A stretch of DNA of 43,881 nt from Azolla caroliniana (lineage: Eukaryota > Plantae > Polypodiophyta). Location of the stretch: assembly GCA_043228905.1 (NCBI GenBank), contig JBHGNT010000259.1:1-43881 (forward strand). Reading direction: 5' to 3'. Positions 23,615-35,445 of this stretch are shown piece after piece. How positions within the stretch are numbered: position 1 is the stretch's first letter; each line of letters opens with the position of its first letter. The notes below the pieces were generated by a model that saw only the letters and a list, made by a program, of their open reading frames with translations, did no database searches and was not told the DNA's origin. Both the position numbers and the translations under genes were made by a program.

Positions 23615-24620
23615 CGCTAATTAGCTACTAAGCTACACCTGAGCTAACTAGCTATTCTTCTAGACTATGACACTAGCTAATTAGGTACCTCTGAGCTAAT
23701 TAGCTACTTCACTTAGTTATGGTACTCGCTAATTAGCTACTCTTTGTCAATATGGTAGCAACTAATTAGCTACTCTACTAAAGTATGGTAGTAGCTAATT
23801 AGCTACTTAGCTAAAGTATGCTACTAGCTAATTAGCTACTATAACTAAAGTATGGTAGTAGCTAATTAGCAACCACTTAGCTAATTAGCTACTATAACTA
23901 AAGTATGGTAGTAGCTAATTAGCAACCACTTAGCTAATTAGCTACTATACTAAACTATGGTAGTAGCTAATTAGCTATTGTACTAAACTATGCTAGTAGC
24001 TAATTAGCTACCATTTAGCTAATAATCTATTGTATTAAACTATGGTAGTAGCTAATTAGTTGCCACTTAGCTAATTAGCTACTTAGCTAAAGGATGGTAG
24101 TAGCTAATTAGCTACCACTTAGCTAATTAGCTATTGTACTAAACTAGGGTAGTAGTTAATTAGCTACCATTTAGCTAATAAGCTACTATATTAAACTATG
24201 GTAGTAGCTAATTAGCTACCACTCAGCTAATTAGCTACTGTATTAAACTATGGTAGTAGCTAATTAGCTACTAAGCTAAAGTATGGTAGTAGCTCATTAG
24301 CTACCGCTTAGCTAATCAGTTACTGTACTAAACTATGGTAGTAGCAAATTAGCTACCACTTAGCTAATTAGCAATTGTACTAAACTATGGTAGTAGCTAA
24401 TTAGCTACCATTTAGCTAATTAGTTACTCAACTAAACTATGGTAGTAGCTAACTAGCTACTCAGGTAAAGAGTATGGTAGTAGATAATTAGCTACCACTT
24501 AGCTAATTAGTTACTCAACTAAACTATGGTAGTAGCTAATTAGCTACTCAGCTAAAGTATGGTAGTAGCTAATTAGATACCACTTAGCTAATTAACTACA
24601 TGTTAGCTATTTAGCTACTA
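23615..24620. repeat. Minisatellite built on the palindrome TAGCTAATTAGCTA (mixed ~33 and ~52 bp units)
   Basis: Dozens of AGCTAATTAGCT cores with AAACTATGGTAG and CCACT linkers. Confidence 0.95.
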
Positions 24621-26632
24621 CACTACAACCATAACAACTAAATAGTTCCTACACTGTATACGGCTTACCTAATTAACAAAGATGTAACTAATTAGCTACA
24701 TTATGGTCACAAGCAGCAATTTTACCTGTTAGTTTTCTCCACTCATCTGGGAGACTTGTACTGTAATCCCCCAAATAGAATGCAGCTATGCGACCAGGCA
24801 TATTGAAAACAAACGATACGATATGTGTGTTGGCATGGTTGTAGGTGAACCAACAAAGTAGCAGATTTGTCCTCTACACGTAATCCGCAAGCTATGCAAC
24901 GTGCTTGAACAGTCATTATACCATTTCCTGGTTCTCGTTGATTTGGTAAGGGAGCAAGAATGTTTAGGTCCAATTCTTGTCTGCTCCTTACCATCCCCTC
25001 CACAAAATGTAGTTGCTTCTTAAGGCAGCTAACTACTTGTTCTTGACGGGAGTATTGTTCCTTCAATGTAGCCGAAATTTTCTAATTAATTATTCCTTAA
25101 TGAGGAAGATACAACAACAAGAAACAAGAATCATTAACTTACTTGTAGCTTGTCCAAATTGTAATCAGCGATAATATTTACACTTAGAAGCTCTAGGTTC
25201 ATTGAAAGAACTTGGATCTCTGTCTGCAGTTGAATTTTTCGTTGGGGATCCACCGAGCCCTCAATTTCAAGCTCATGTTGAGCAACCTGTTTCAGATAAT
25301 GCCTCACTAGCACATTTTTATGTACATGTTATTTATAACATATTACATACTAACAAAACAATAGGTACTTGAATCTTATTTTTGATTTTTGTAACTGCCA
25401 AAGTGACTTTGCTCTCCATCGCAGCAGTCAATGTTGCTTTCTCTAAATCAGTCTTAAAAAACTCCAATGCCTCACAGGCTTCATGGACATTTTTTAGCAT
25501 ATAGTTAATCAATGTCTCACCTGTATCATCGACATTGTATTTCATTGTGTGTCAGTGTCGCATATACTTGCATGTTTGTTGGGAGTGGGTAGTCGCATCA
25601 TCAACTGCCATGCTCCAAAATATTGCCATTTTTTGTTGCAAGCTCCCCATGTTCCAGCATCTTTGTACCGATGCCTCACCATAAATTGCCCAAGCTACCC
25701 TATACATTTTAGGGTCACGAGATTCCATCGTTGTTTTCCAATACTCGTATGCAAAAACTCTAGCAAATGAAACGGACAACTCGTTGATTGGGATCTTCTC
25801 ATGTACCTTCTGGTGTAGTCTCATGTAGTCACCATACATGCTTGAGCTTGACCTTGCCTTTCACTCTAGGCACTTTATTTACTGACATCCAGTCTACATC
25901 ACTAATTAATCTATCTGTTAGAACAATTGGGTCAATACCCTCGAGCGACAGACCATATATGTTGTGAAAGTCCTCCTTTGTTTCGCAAAATTTTATGAAG
26001 TTCGGCACTTTAGGATAAGGAGGAACAGGCCACCTGAAATAGAAAATCAATAATCAGAATTGGTGCAGAAACAGAATTTTTAATGTGAATTTGGTGCAAA
26101 ATTACAACACTTTGAGACAATAATCTAAAATTTGTAATCTATCCTTTTCAGCATGTATCAGAAATCAACCAGTTAAAAAATCAGAAACCTTAATCAGAAT
26201 TTCTCATGAGAATTGGTGCAAAATTACAACACATTGCGACAGTAATCAGAAATTTGTAACCAAAAACCCTAAACCACTTAAGGAAAACAAAAACCCTAAT
26301 CCTCACTACGAAATTCTGTCAATAAAAAACACACCTACTGTCATGATATGGCAAGACTCGAACCCATGACCGTATGTTACATGGGTCAAGCTCTTCACCA
26401 TTAGATTATATGTTGTAATACAAAAAATATTATTTTCATCTAAGTTTTACTATAGCAAATTGATGTATATTTCGATTTCTCTGGAACATTCTAGAAACTT
26501 TAGGAGTACTCCGGAGAACACTATATAAGGAGGCACAAGGCATTATTGCGAACCAAATCGGTTCAATGCCAGTCTTAAGCCTCCTAGCCATCCTTGTATA
26601 TTCTTTTCATTTAATATGTTGTTGTCATCAAT

Positions 26633-26668
<36 letters not shown>

Positions 26669-26762
26669 TCTCTTGAGTGTTCTACACCCTCTTTCCCTCT
26701 TAGTACTAATATTCATCTCTTAGTACTAATCTCCTCTATGTCTCAGTACTATTCATAACAGT

Positions 26763-26774
26763 TTGAACAGATTT
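26763..26774 (+). promoter_or_regulatory. Self-priming PBS
   Basis: TTGAACAGATTT is 11/12 complementary to LTR 26555-26566, about 27 nt after TATATAA. Confidence 0.75.
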
Positions 26775-26908
26775 CACACCTCTTTCCTCTTCTTCCTTTT
26801 ATCTTCTTACGTTTCCCTCCCTTCATACTAATATCTTAGTCCTCTTTCCTCTCATCCTATGGCCACTATTAGTGCTCAAGAATCTCAATTCGCTTTCTCG
26901 GAGCTGTA

Positions 26909-29900
26909 ATGCTTGAAAGAGAAGTCCCTTGCTTTGGAACAAGAAAATCAACGGTTGTAGGGGGATCTTCAGCAAATCTCCTTAGAAAAGCAGCTGACGC
27001 GCAACATGGGGAACTAGCGTTACACGTGCAACAACTTGAAGCAACTATAGTAGCGATGCAACAAGCACCCAATACACAAGGGATTCATAAAGAACCAAAG
27101 ATTGGCCTTCCCATGAAATTTGATGGAACGCGATCACAATTTAGAGGATTCCTTAATCAGGTACGATTAGTCATTAAAATGCATCCTTCCCGATATCCCA
27201 CCGATGCATCACGAGTGGGTTTAATAGGCACGTTGTTAGGTGGCTCAACTTTGGCATGGTTCGCTCCGTTGTTAGAAAATGAATCTCCTTTACCAAACAA
27301 TTTTCAAGAGTTTTTAAGTGATTTTAGTGGTTCCATTCCCTCTAAGCAAGTTAGCAATGTGTTCTTAGCCCAAGTAATAGTTAGTACTAAAAGTACCTCT
27401 CCAGTACATGTCTCAGCACTCCTAGATTCCGGAGCTAATTGTTGCTTCATGGATAAGAATTTTGCCCAAGCTGATCAGATATGCCTAAGAAAACTCCCGT
27501 GTCCAACGTCTGTAGTAGTTATTGATGATCATCCCATTGTTTTCGGAAATATCATAGAAGAGTCAGAGCCCGTTAATATTATCCAAGATAATTTAGCGTG
27601 TGTAGTATCATTTAATATAATTAGTATCCCAGAACATCCCATTGTTTTGTGATTACCATGGTTTGAATTACATAACCCAGACATAGATTGGAGAACAAGC
27701 GAAATCCGGTATCGACAAACCTGACATTCTACTCATAAGACAACCTACATCAGTTGTGTGACGAAGGACGCAAGGAAGAAATGTTTCTTTTCGTAGTATT
27801 AGTAAAAACCCTTTAGACCCACTAAAGAGGAGTCCATCGTTCAACTTCCAGAGAAGTATCGTCATTATGCCGATGTGTTCGATAAAGTACAAGCCAATAC
27901 GCTTCCTCACCATCGACCATATGATTGCCCCATCGATTTAAAACTGGGAAAAGCGCCACCATGGGAACCGATCTACAATTTGTCACCAACCAAGCTAGAA
28001 GTCCTTCGAGCCTATATAGAGGAGAATTTGGCAAATGGTTTCATTCAACATTCGAAATCTCCAGCCGACGCACCCATTTTCTTTGTTCAGAAAAAGGATG
28101 GATCACTTCCTCTCGTCGTAGATTATCATGGCTTGAATAAGGTCACCATCAGGAAATGGTATGCAATTCCCCATATCTCAAGTCTTTTAGAATGGATCAA
28201 TGGTGTAAGGTTCTTCACAAAGATGGACTTATGAGGAGCATATAACCTCTTACGGATCCGATGAGGAGATGAATGGAGGACTGCGTTTCGCACTAGATAT
28301 GGGCACTTCGAGTATATGTTCATGCCATTCGGCCTCGCTAATGCGCCAACAGTCTTCTAGCACATGACCAATGATATATTCCAAGATGTCTTGGATGTTT
28401 GTTTGATCATCTATTTGGATGATGTACTGGTTTATTCAAAGACCCAAGAAGAGCATGATTCTCATGTACTGTTAGTACTAAAATGACTTCAAGAACATGA
28501 TCTTTATGAAAAGCTGGAAAAATGTAGTTTTGGGTGCAACCAGGTAGAATTTTTGGGCTATCTCCATCGATCCAGCTAAGGTCAAAACGGTGGTAGAGTG
28601 CCAGACTCCACGTTCGTTGCGAGATGTGTAATGTTTTTTAGGCTTTGCCAATTTCTACTGTAAGTTTATACATGATTACTCAAAGCTTGTTCTGCCTCTC
28701 ACACAGCTTACCAGGAAGGGAAAATTGTTCGTTTGGTTTGAAGAAACAGACATGGCTTTTGATAGCCTTAAGAAGGCATTTACATCAGCTCCTATTCTAG
28801 CTCATCTTGATCTAGAAAACCATTCATCATTGAAGCAAACACATCGGATTTCACCTTGGGTAGCATTCTATCACAACAAGGCGATGATGAAAAGCTACAT
28901 CCTGTGGCTTTTCACTCACGCAAGTTGGACGCCGCCGAAATAAACTATGAAATTCATGATAAGGATCTATTAGCAATAGTGGACTCTTTTACCCAATGGA
29001 GGCATTTTCTAGAGGGATCTTCTCTTCAGGTCACCGTATTCAGTGATCACAAAAATCTTGACTACTTCTAAAATACTTGTGTATTAAATCGACATCAAGC
29101 ACGGTGGGCCCAATTTCCCACTCGTTTCGACTTCAAGATTACATATCGTCTCGGGAAACAACAATGGAAGGCGGACACGTTATCACGGCGCTCGTATCTA
29201 GCACTGCGTCCTGGTGAGCCAACATTTGATAATCAAAAGCAAGTAATCCTAGGACCGACACAACATCAAGCAATGCAGGTCTTTGGTATGCCCTTGAATT
29301 CCCACGTAATTGATACCATACATGAAGACTTGAAGACACTCGAGCATCTTGTTCCCAGTCGTAACAACCTCATGATGGATTACTACTCTTTAAGAAACTG
29401 TTGTATGTTCCTAATGGTTCTTCTCTCCTTCGAGTAGTCCAAAACTATCATGACACATATACAACCAAGCATTTTGGTAGTACTAAAACATTAGATTTAG
29501 TACAACGATCATTCTGGTGGCCCCATATGCGACAATTTGTCAAACATTTTGTTTAGACTCGTGATACATGGTGCAGAGAAAAAAGGCAAAGGCATCATCC
29601 ATATGGTTTATTAGAACCATTACCATTTCCAAGCAAGCCGTGGCAATCCATTGCTCTAGATTTCATCACAAATATTCCGGTCTCCAAGGGATTCGATGCG
29701 ATCTTAACAATAGTAGATCGATATACGAAGATGACCCATTTCCTGCCATGTACTAAGGAAATCTCCGGTGACGAAACTATTGAAATTGTCATGCGTGAAG
29801 TATGTCGGCATAATGGCCTTCCCGATAGTATCATCAGCGACTGTGGACCACAATTTGTCTCAAAATTATGGAAACACCTCTTTAAAATGCTCAAGGTCAC

Positions 29901-30690
29901 TTGTAACCTTTCCTCCGGCTACTACCTGCAAACAAACGGCCAAGCAGAATGAACAAATCAAACGCTAGAGCAGTATCTTCGGTGCCTTCTAACTTATCAT
30001 CAAGATGATTGGACGGATATTCTCCACTTCGCCGAATTTTCATATAATAACTCTATCCACTCATCGACAAAGGTTACACTATTTTATGCTTATGTGGGTT
30101 GTCACCCCCGGTGGTGTGTATTTGAAACCCCAGAGTTACCCACAAATCCTTGCGAAGAGGATCGTTTGGAGTGGTTATGCAAGATACTAGCAGATTTATC
30201 TACTCATCTACAACAAGCTCAACAAACACGCAAGGTTTATGTTGATCGTCATCGGCTTCCATTCAGTTTTAACATTAGAGATTGGGTATTGCTACTACGA
30301 CGACACATCAAGACTACTCGCCCATGCGAGAAGTTGGATTATTGGCGATTAGGTGCTTTCTGTATTATCGGAAAAATTAATGATGTCGCTTTTCGTCTCG
30401 ATCTACCTGCACAACTTTGGATACATCCGGTGTTTAATAGTTGTCTCCTCGAACCCTATCAAGACAGCAACATCCCAAGTCTTATTAAACAACCTCCACC
30501 CTCGATCGAACTTGAAGATGGACCTGAGTACGAGGTTGCCGCCATCCTCGATTCCAAGATTGTTCGCAACAAGCTCTAATATTTAGTCGATTGGCTAGGA
30601 TATAGTCCTAGTGAGTGTATTGGGGAATAGAGTATGTGACTAATGCTCGTGCTCTTCTTGAAGACTTCCATCATCAATATCTAGACAAAC
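26909..30690 (+). pseudogene. gag-pol: Chromovirus gag (partly deleted), protease, RT, RNase H, integrase and chromodomain
   Basis: PMKFDGTRSQFRGFL, LLDSGA, PIFFVQKKDG, YLDD, AFHSRKL, YEVAAILDSKI; many stops. Confidence 0.92.
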
Positions 30691-31599
30691 TAGGTCCTCA
30701 AGGGAGCTAGTGTCATGATATGTCAAGTCTCAAGCCCATGACCTTATGTTATATGGGTTGAGCTCTTCACCATTAGACTATATGTTGTATTACGAAGAAT
30801 ATTATTTTCATCTAAGTTTTGCTATAGAAAATTGATGTATATTCCAAATTTCTTTGGAATATTCTAGAAACTTCAGGAGTACTCTTGAGAACACTATAAA
30901 AGGAGGCACAAGGCATTATTTCGAGCCAAATCGGTTCAACGCCAGTCTTAAGCCTCCTAGCCATCCTTGTATATTCTTTTCACATAATATATCGTTGTCA
31001 TCAACATATTCTCTCTCTCTCTCTCTCACTCTCTCTTTCCTTCTCTCAAGTGTTCTACACCCTCTATTCCTCGTAGTACTAATATTCATCTCTTAGCACT
31101 AATTTCCTCTTTGGCTCAATACTATTCTTGACACCTGCTGCTACACCCAGATCTTCGATACATCCTTGTTTGGGACTCCAACGACTTCGTCCTATTCAAT
31201 TTTTGGGAAAGGTGAATAGGCACCAAAGTTACAGATAGTTATCTGAAAGGAAAAAAATAAAAAATTTATTAGGTAACTAACGTACATGGACGAGGATCGA
31301 ACTAGTCGTGTGTTGTAGCTCTAAAGGTGTAATGTCGATCTCAGAGTTTTTGTGCTGCTGCAGGAGCTTCATCTGGGTTCGTGGTCATAGTACTCCATCG
31401 GTTTGGAGTTTAAACTCGAACTCAGGATTATCAAGAATTTGATGACATTCAAGTCAACCTTAGATGATGGAACTATTCCTCAAGTTCCACTACATCCGAA
31501 ACCAAAGTTCAAATATTTGAGTATTCTCATAAATTAAATGACATGTATTTAACTAATAAAACATAAAATTTCGTAAACCATCATTATTATTTGCCCATA

Positions 31600-31665
31600 A
31601 AAAACTAGCTAAACAAATAGCTAATTCACAGTGGCCATTTTAGTAGCTAATTAGCTATAATAGTG
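31600..31665 (-). mobile_element. Putative CACTA/En-Spm terminus with subterminal AGCTAATTAGCT motifs
   Basis: Minus strand reads CACTATTATAGCTAATTAGCTAC; it truncates a Copia 3' LTR about 27 bp after that LTR's start. The other end was not found. Confidence 0.55.
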
Positions 31666-32372
31666 TTTCCACTCGCATGATTTTACCCAATAATCTCCCC
31701 CTCTGGCCACATAAGGACAAGATTTTGTTGAGCAACTCAATTTGCATCCAATCCAACAACCTTGGCACATAGCTCAAGCTTCTCTTTAGAGACCGATTTT
31801 GTCAAAATGTTATCAACATTATCATCGATGTGAATTTTCTTGAGTTTTAATAGTTGGTCTTCAATTGTCGAGTGTAGCCAATGATACCTCATACCAATAT
31901 GTTTCATGTGGGAATAGTATGTATCAAGTTCCTGCTCAAATCTATTGCACTTTAACTATCACAAAAGATTACATAAGCTGCTAGTTGACGCAAACCCAAT
32001 TACGAAATAAACATTTTCATCCGAAGCATTTCTTTGCCAACTATAGTTGTTGCAATATGTTTTGTTTCTATAGTAGACAAAGCAACACACTTTTGCAACT
32101 TAGACTACTATCATATGGCTCCCCTTGCAAAAGTAATCAAGAAAACGGAAGTAAATTTTCTCCCAACAAGATCCCCCACCACATCTGCATCTGAAAATCC
32201 TTCAAGAATTTGTTTAAAACCTCCAAAATATAAACATAGTCTACATTTACCTTTAAATATCTAAAAATCCATTTTATAGCATCCCAATGGTGCTTGCCAT
32301 GATTGGAGAGATATCTACTTACAACACTAACAGCATGCGCAATATGTGGCCTTGTACTAAACATAGCATATC
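31666..32372 (-). pseudogene. Old Copia RT C-terminus/RNase H, PPT (31695-31702) and LTR stub
   Basis: TRPHIAHAVSVVSRYLSN.GK.HWDAIKWIFRYLK; AGGGGGAG followed by TATTGGG. Confidence 0.8.
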
Positions 32373-32399
32373 TGCTATTGTATTAAATGGTTCCTCTAT

Positions 32400-34300
32400 T
32401 AGAAAACTTAGAGCCATGTGTGGAAATTTCCTTCTTGCCTAGAGAAATTTGAATCATGCCCTTTATTCAATAACATAATATGCAACTTATTAAGTGTGGA
32501 ACTTTCTGTGCATTGGTTGATTATGTATTGGTGTTAGGCTAGCCATATCTAAATTTCCACACGAGTCATCTTAATTTGGAGAAAGAAAAGAAAAAGTTAT
32601 TCAATCCTAGGTAAATCAATTTAATGTGCATGTGTTACATGGTATTGTGTTTTCAACTTTAGGATTCACCAAAAGTAATTTTCTAAAGTCACATTTAGAT
32701 TTCCACCAGTGGGTGATCATGAACCATTTCGAAAAGCCAAATTCTTGAAATCATCAAATCTCTCGTTTGTGATGTTTGATTTTCACACAATGTTTTATAT
32801 AATGTTGTTTTGTCTTGGAGAGAAATAGGGGATGTACATAAATACTTAAGAGGTGATATAGAGAACAAACAATAAAGGAACCATAAATTCAATGCAATCA
32901 ATATTGTAGCGTGTTTTAGTGCAATTACAACATGAAGTCAAAACCACATTGCTTGAGATCATTTAAAAATCCAGTCTTCTGTGGACACTCTATTTGTCTT
33001 CCCATATGTTGGTACCAAATACTTGGATGCGTGGATGATCTTGTTTTATTATTCGAGAGACATTTTCATTAAGGGAATCTCGTATGCATTCTTAGCTTTT
33101 CTCTTTAGTAAATTAGTGCATATAGAGAGATTTAAACTTTAGTGCATATGCATGTGCATTTGTATATAAAGCTATTTTCTTTGTCCTTCAATCAACTACA
33201 ACACAAAGTGAGATATGAACTTGAGCACAGACTTAAGATTTCATATACATTGTGCACAGACTTAAGATCTTTATATCACACACCGTGGAGAAGTAATTGA
33301 TTCTTATTTGCTTCATCAAAACAAATGTATAAGTGGTTGCTCTTTGCCCTAATAATATTGAACTCCAGATATACAAAGCCTCCCACTGCTCATGATTCTA
33401 GTTGGGAGAGATTTTATGTCCTACAACAGGTATGCGTATTTTATTCCATTTCTTCATTTGTCTCATAGTTAAAACTTTTTATTTGCATTTCAATAGAAAT
33501 GCCAATTCGGAATATTTGCATCATGCACCATTTCTTAACATATTCACAAATGTAAGAAAATTATTATTGATATATTCCCAAATGTAAGAAACCTAATTAA
33601 ACACCCAAATTTCTCGTCTCTTTCTTCATCTCCTCTTTCAAAAGATTGCTTGTTGAAATCTAGATCATTGGACGAGAAGTTCTTGTCTAACAAATTTTCA
33701 CCTTAGGTAGCTATTTCCAAATCAGCAAGCAATTTTTGTATTCTAAATTTTGTTATTGCTATCCAATTTAGCAATAACTTTTGTTGCTTCTTTGATAGTG
33801 TTAATTTTTCTTTTAAGATGTGTTGGAATGATACTATTATCTAGGGTTTCACGATAAAAGGTATTGTCTGATTTTAAGCATGTGTTTGCATGAAACACTA
33901 TAATATGTTGAATGGTGATAGGTAAAGTCTTCCGGTCAATCAACTTCTATGTCATCTGGAGCATCACATGCAAATGCATTGGCAAAACTATCTAATTCCA
34001 TTATTTTAACCATGTTGCATATCATAAACTCTTTCATATAGTTTCTTGAAGGTTGCTATGTAGCTCATTCTTTAACTTGCTGATGTGAAATTCTCTCCTT
34101 GTTTCTAAGTGTGATGACACCCAACTTTTAATCATCTATTCTCTAACTTCTTTGTTGATGTCACAAAATGGAGAAAGGATATAAGCCCACCCTAGTTTTG
34201 TCCTTCAAATAACCCTATTGATCTTCTTAGTTTCTTTTGTGGGGATGTTCTTCATGGGTTTCTTTGTTGTCATTTTGTTGAGCATTGTTTCCTCTTTCTA
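32400..34300 (-). pseudogene. Highly decayed AT-rich probable Gypsy pol remnant
   Basis: Faint integrase (VHDHP.GG) and RNase H/RT-like traces only. Confidence 0.35.
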
Positions 34301-35250
34301 AAAAGACTTTCACGAAACATCAAAACATGAAAAATAGCACAAGACACAAAACTCCCTTTTTAGTATACACAAAGCACAAAGACAACAAGATCATATAGGG
34401 AGAAACATATACATATAACAAATGTTCTCACAATCTCTCGCATACATATACACCAAAACACACACAACCAATATAAAATGGGACACATAAAGAGAAATAA
34501 ATACAAATTCTACGATTGTAATCTCTATTTCTTTGTCTCAAGGCATAAACATACATACAAATAATAGAAAAAACAGGAAAATATACATAAGGTTGCGTAC
34601 AAAGAGATGAAACAATGACCAAGTTTAGCAACAACTGGGTTCAAATGTCTCTTGCAAAGCTAGTTGCAAACCATGGTAACTAGCAACAAAGAAACTTTTT
34701 AGTATGCTCATGCATGAGCAACACATGAATACAACATGTTTCCAACCAGAAATATGCACTGCATGAGTAGAGCATGTTTGCAAGAGAAATAATCAGGGCA
34801 TAAGTTCAATATGTTTCTAATCAAAATGGGCAGAAGTAGGCCAAACCAAAACCTAGATCAAAGCATGTGGAAGACCAAAACGTACCAAGTCACATACAAG
34901 AACAAAACATAGCATGCAAAGCATGTGCAAGTATCAAATGTAATGGATCATGTACAAAATAAAAACTTAGCAGATCATGTACAAGAACTAACATAGTGTA
35001 ACATATACAAAATTTGAATATAGGAAAGTAGGTAACCAAGAACACAATGTAGCAGAGCATGTACAAATAAAAATATACTAGATCAAATACAAGAACATAA
35101 TGTACTAGAGCACATACCAAAGCACATTGTAGAGCAAATAACAAAACTTTGAACCACATCACATGTGGCAAAGCACATTGTAGCAATGCACATGGAAGAA
35201 AAATGCAACAAGAGAAGAACTTGGGGCATCTTCATAAAAGAGGGGAACAA

Positions 35251-35286
<36 letters not shown>

Positions 35287-35445
35287 GATGCCCAGATGGA
35301 TGGAGACCAGGTGGTCATGGGTTCAACCCCTACATTCCACAATGGCATCGCACAGTGGCATCTAGTGAAAGATATTATATATATATATATATATGCCGCC
35401 TTCCATCTCTCTGGTTCCACGTCAGCACACGGGCTTGACTGCTGA

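Larger units (their letters stand above)
26339..31133 (+). mobile_element. Full-length decayed chromovirus (Tcn1/Tf1-like), copy B
   Basis: Diverged LTRs 26339-26760 and 30711-31133; TSD CCTAC/CCTGC; PPT AAGGGAG. Confidence 0.95.
23521..31530 (-). pseudogene. Decayed multi-exon gene encoding an unknown protein with a coiled-coil-like region and a RING-like Cys/His domain
   Basis: Exons ~31530-31286, 31242-31139, 26033-25369, 25286-25143, 25081-24726 and 23599-23521 with phase-compatible GT-AG junctions; CIACG...PCQHTYRIVC; stops and frameshifts present. Confidence 0.7.

Noticed and set aside
23615-24620. CRISPR-like array of palindromic repeats
   Set aside because: The linkers are themselves repeated rather than unique spacers; no cas genes; eukaryotic TE context.
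26339-26415. Functional tRNA gene
   Set aside because: Acceptor and anticodon stems do not pair; kept only as a tRNA-like promoter module.
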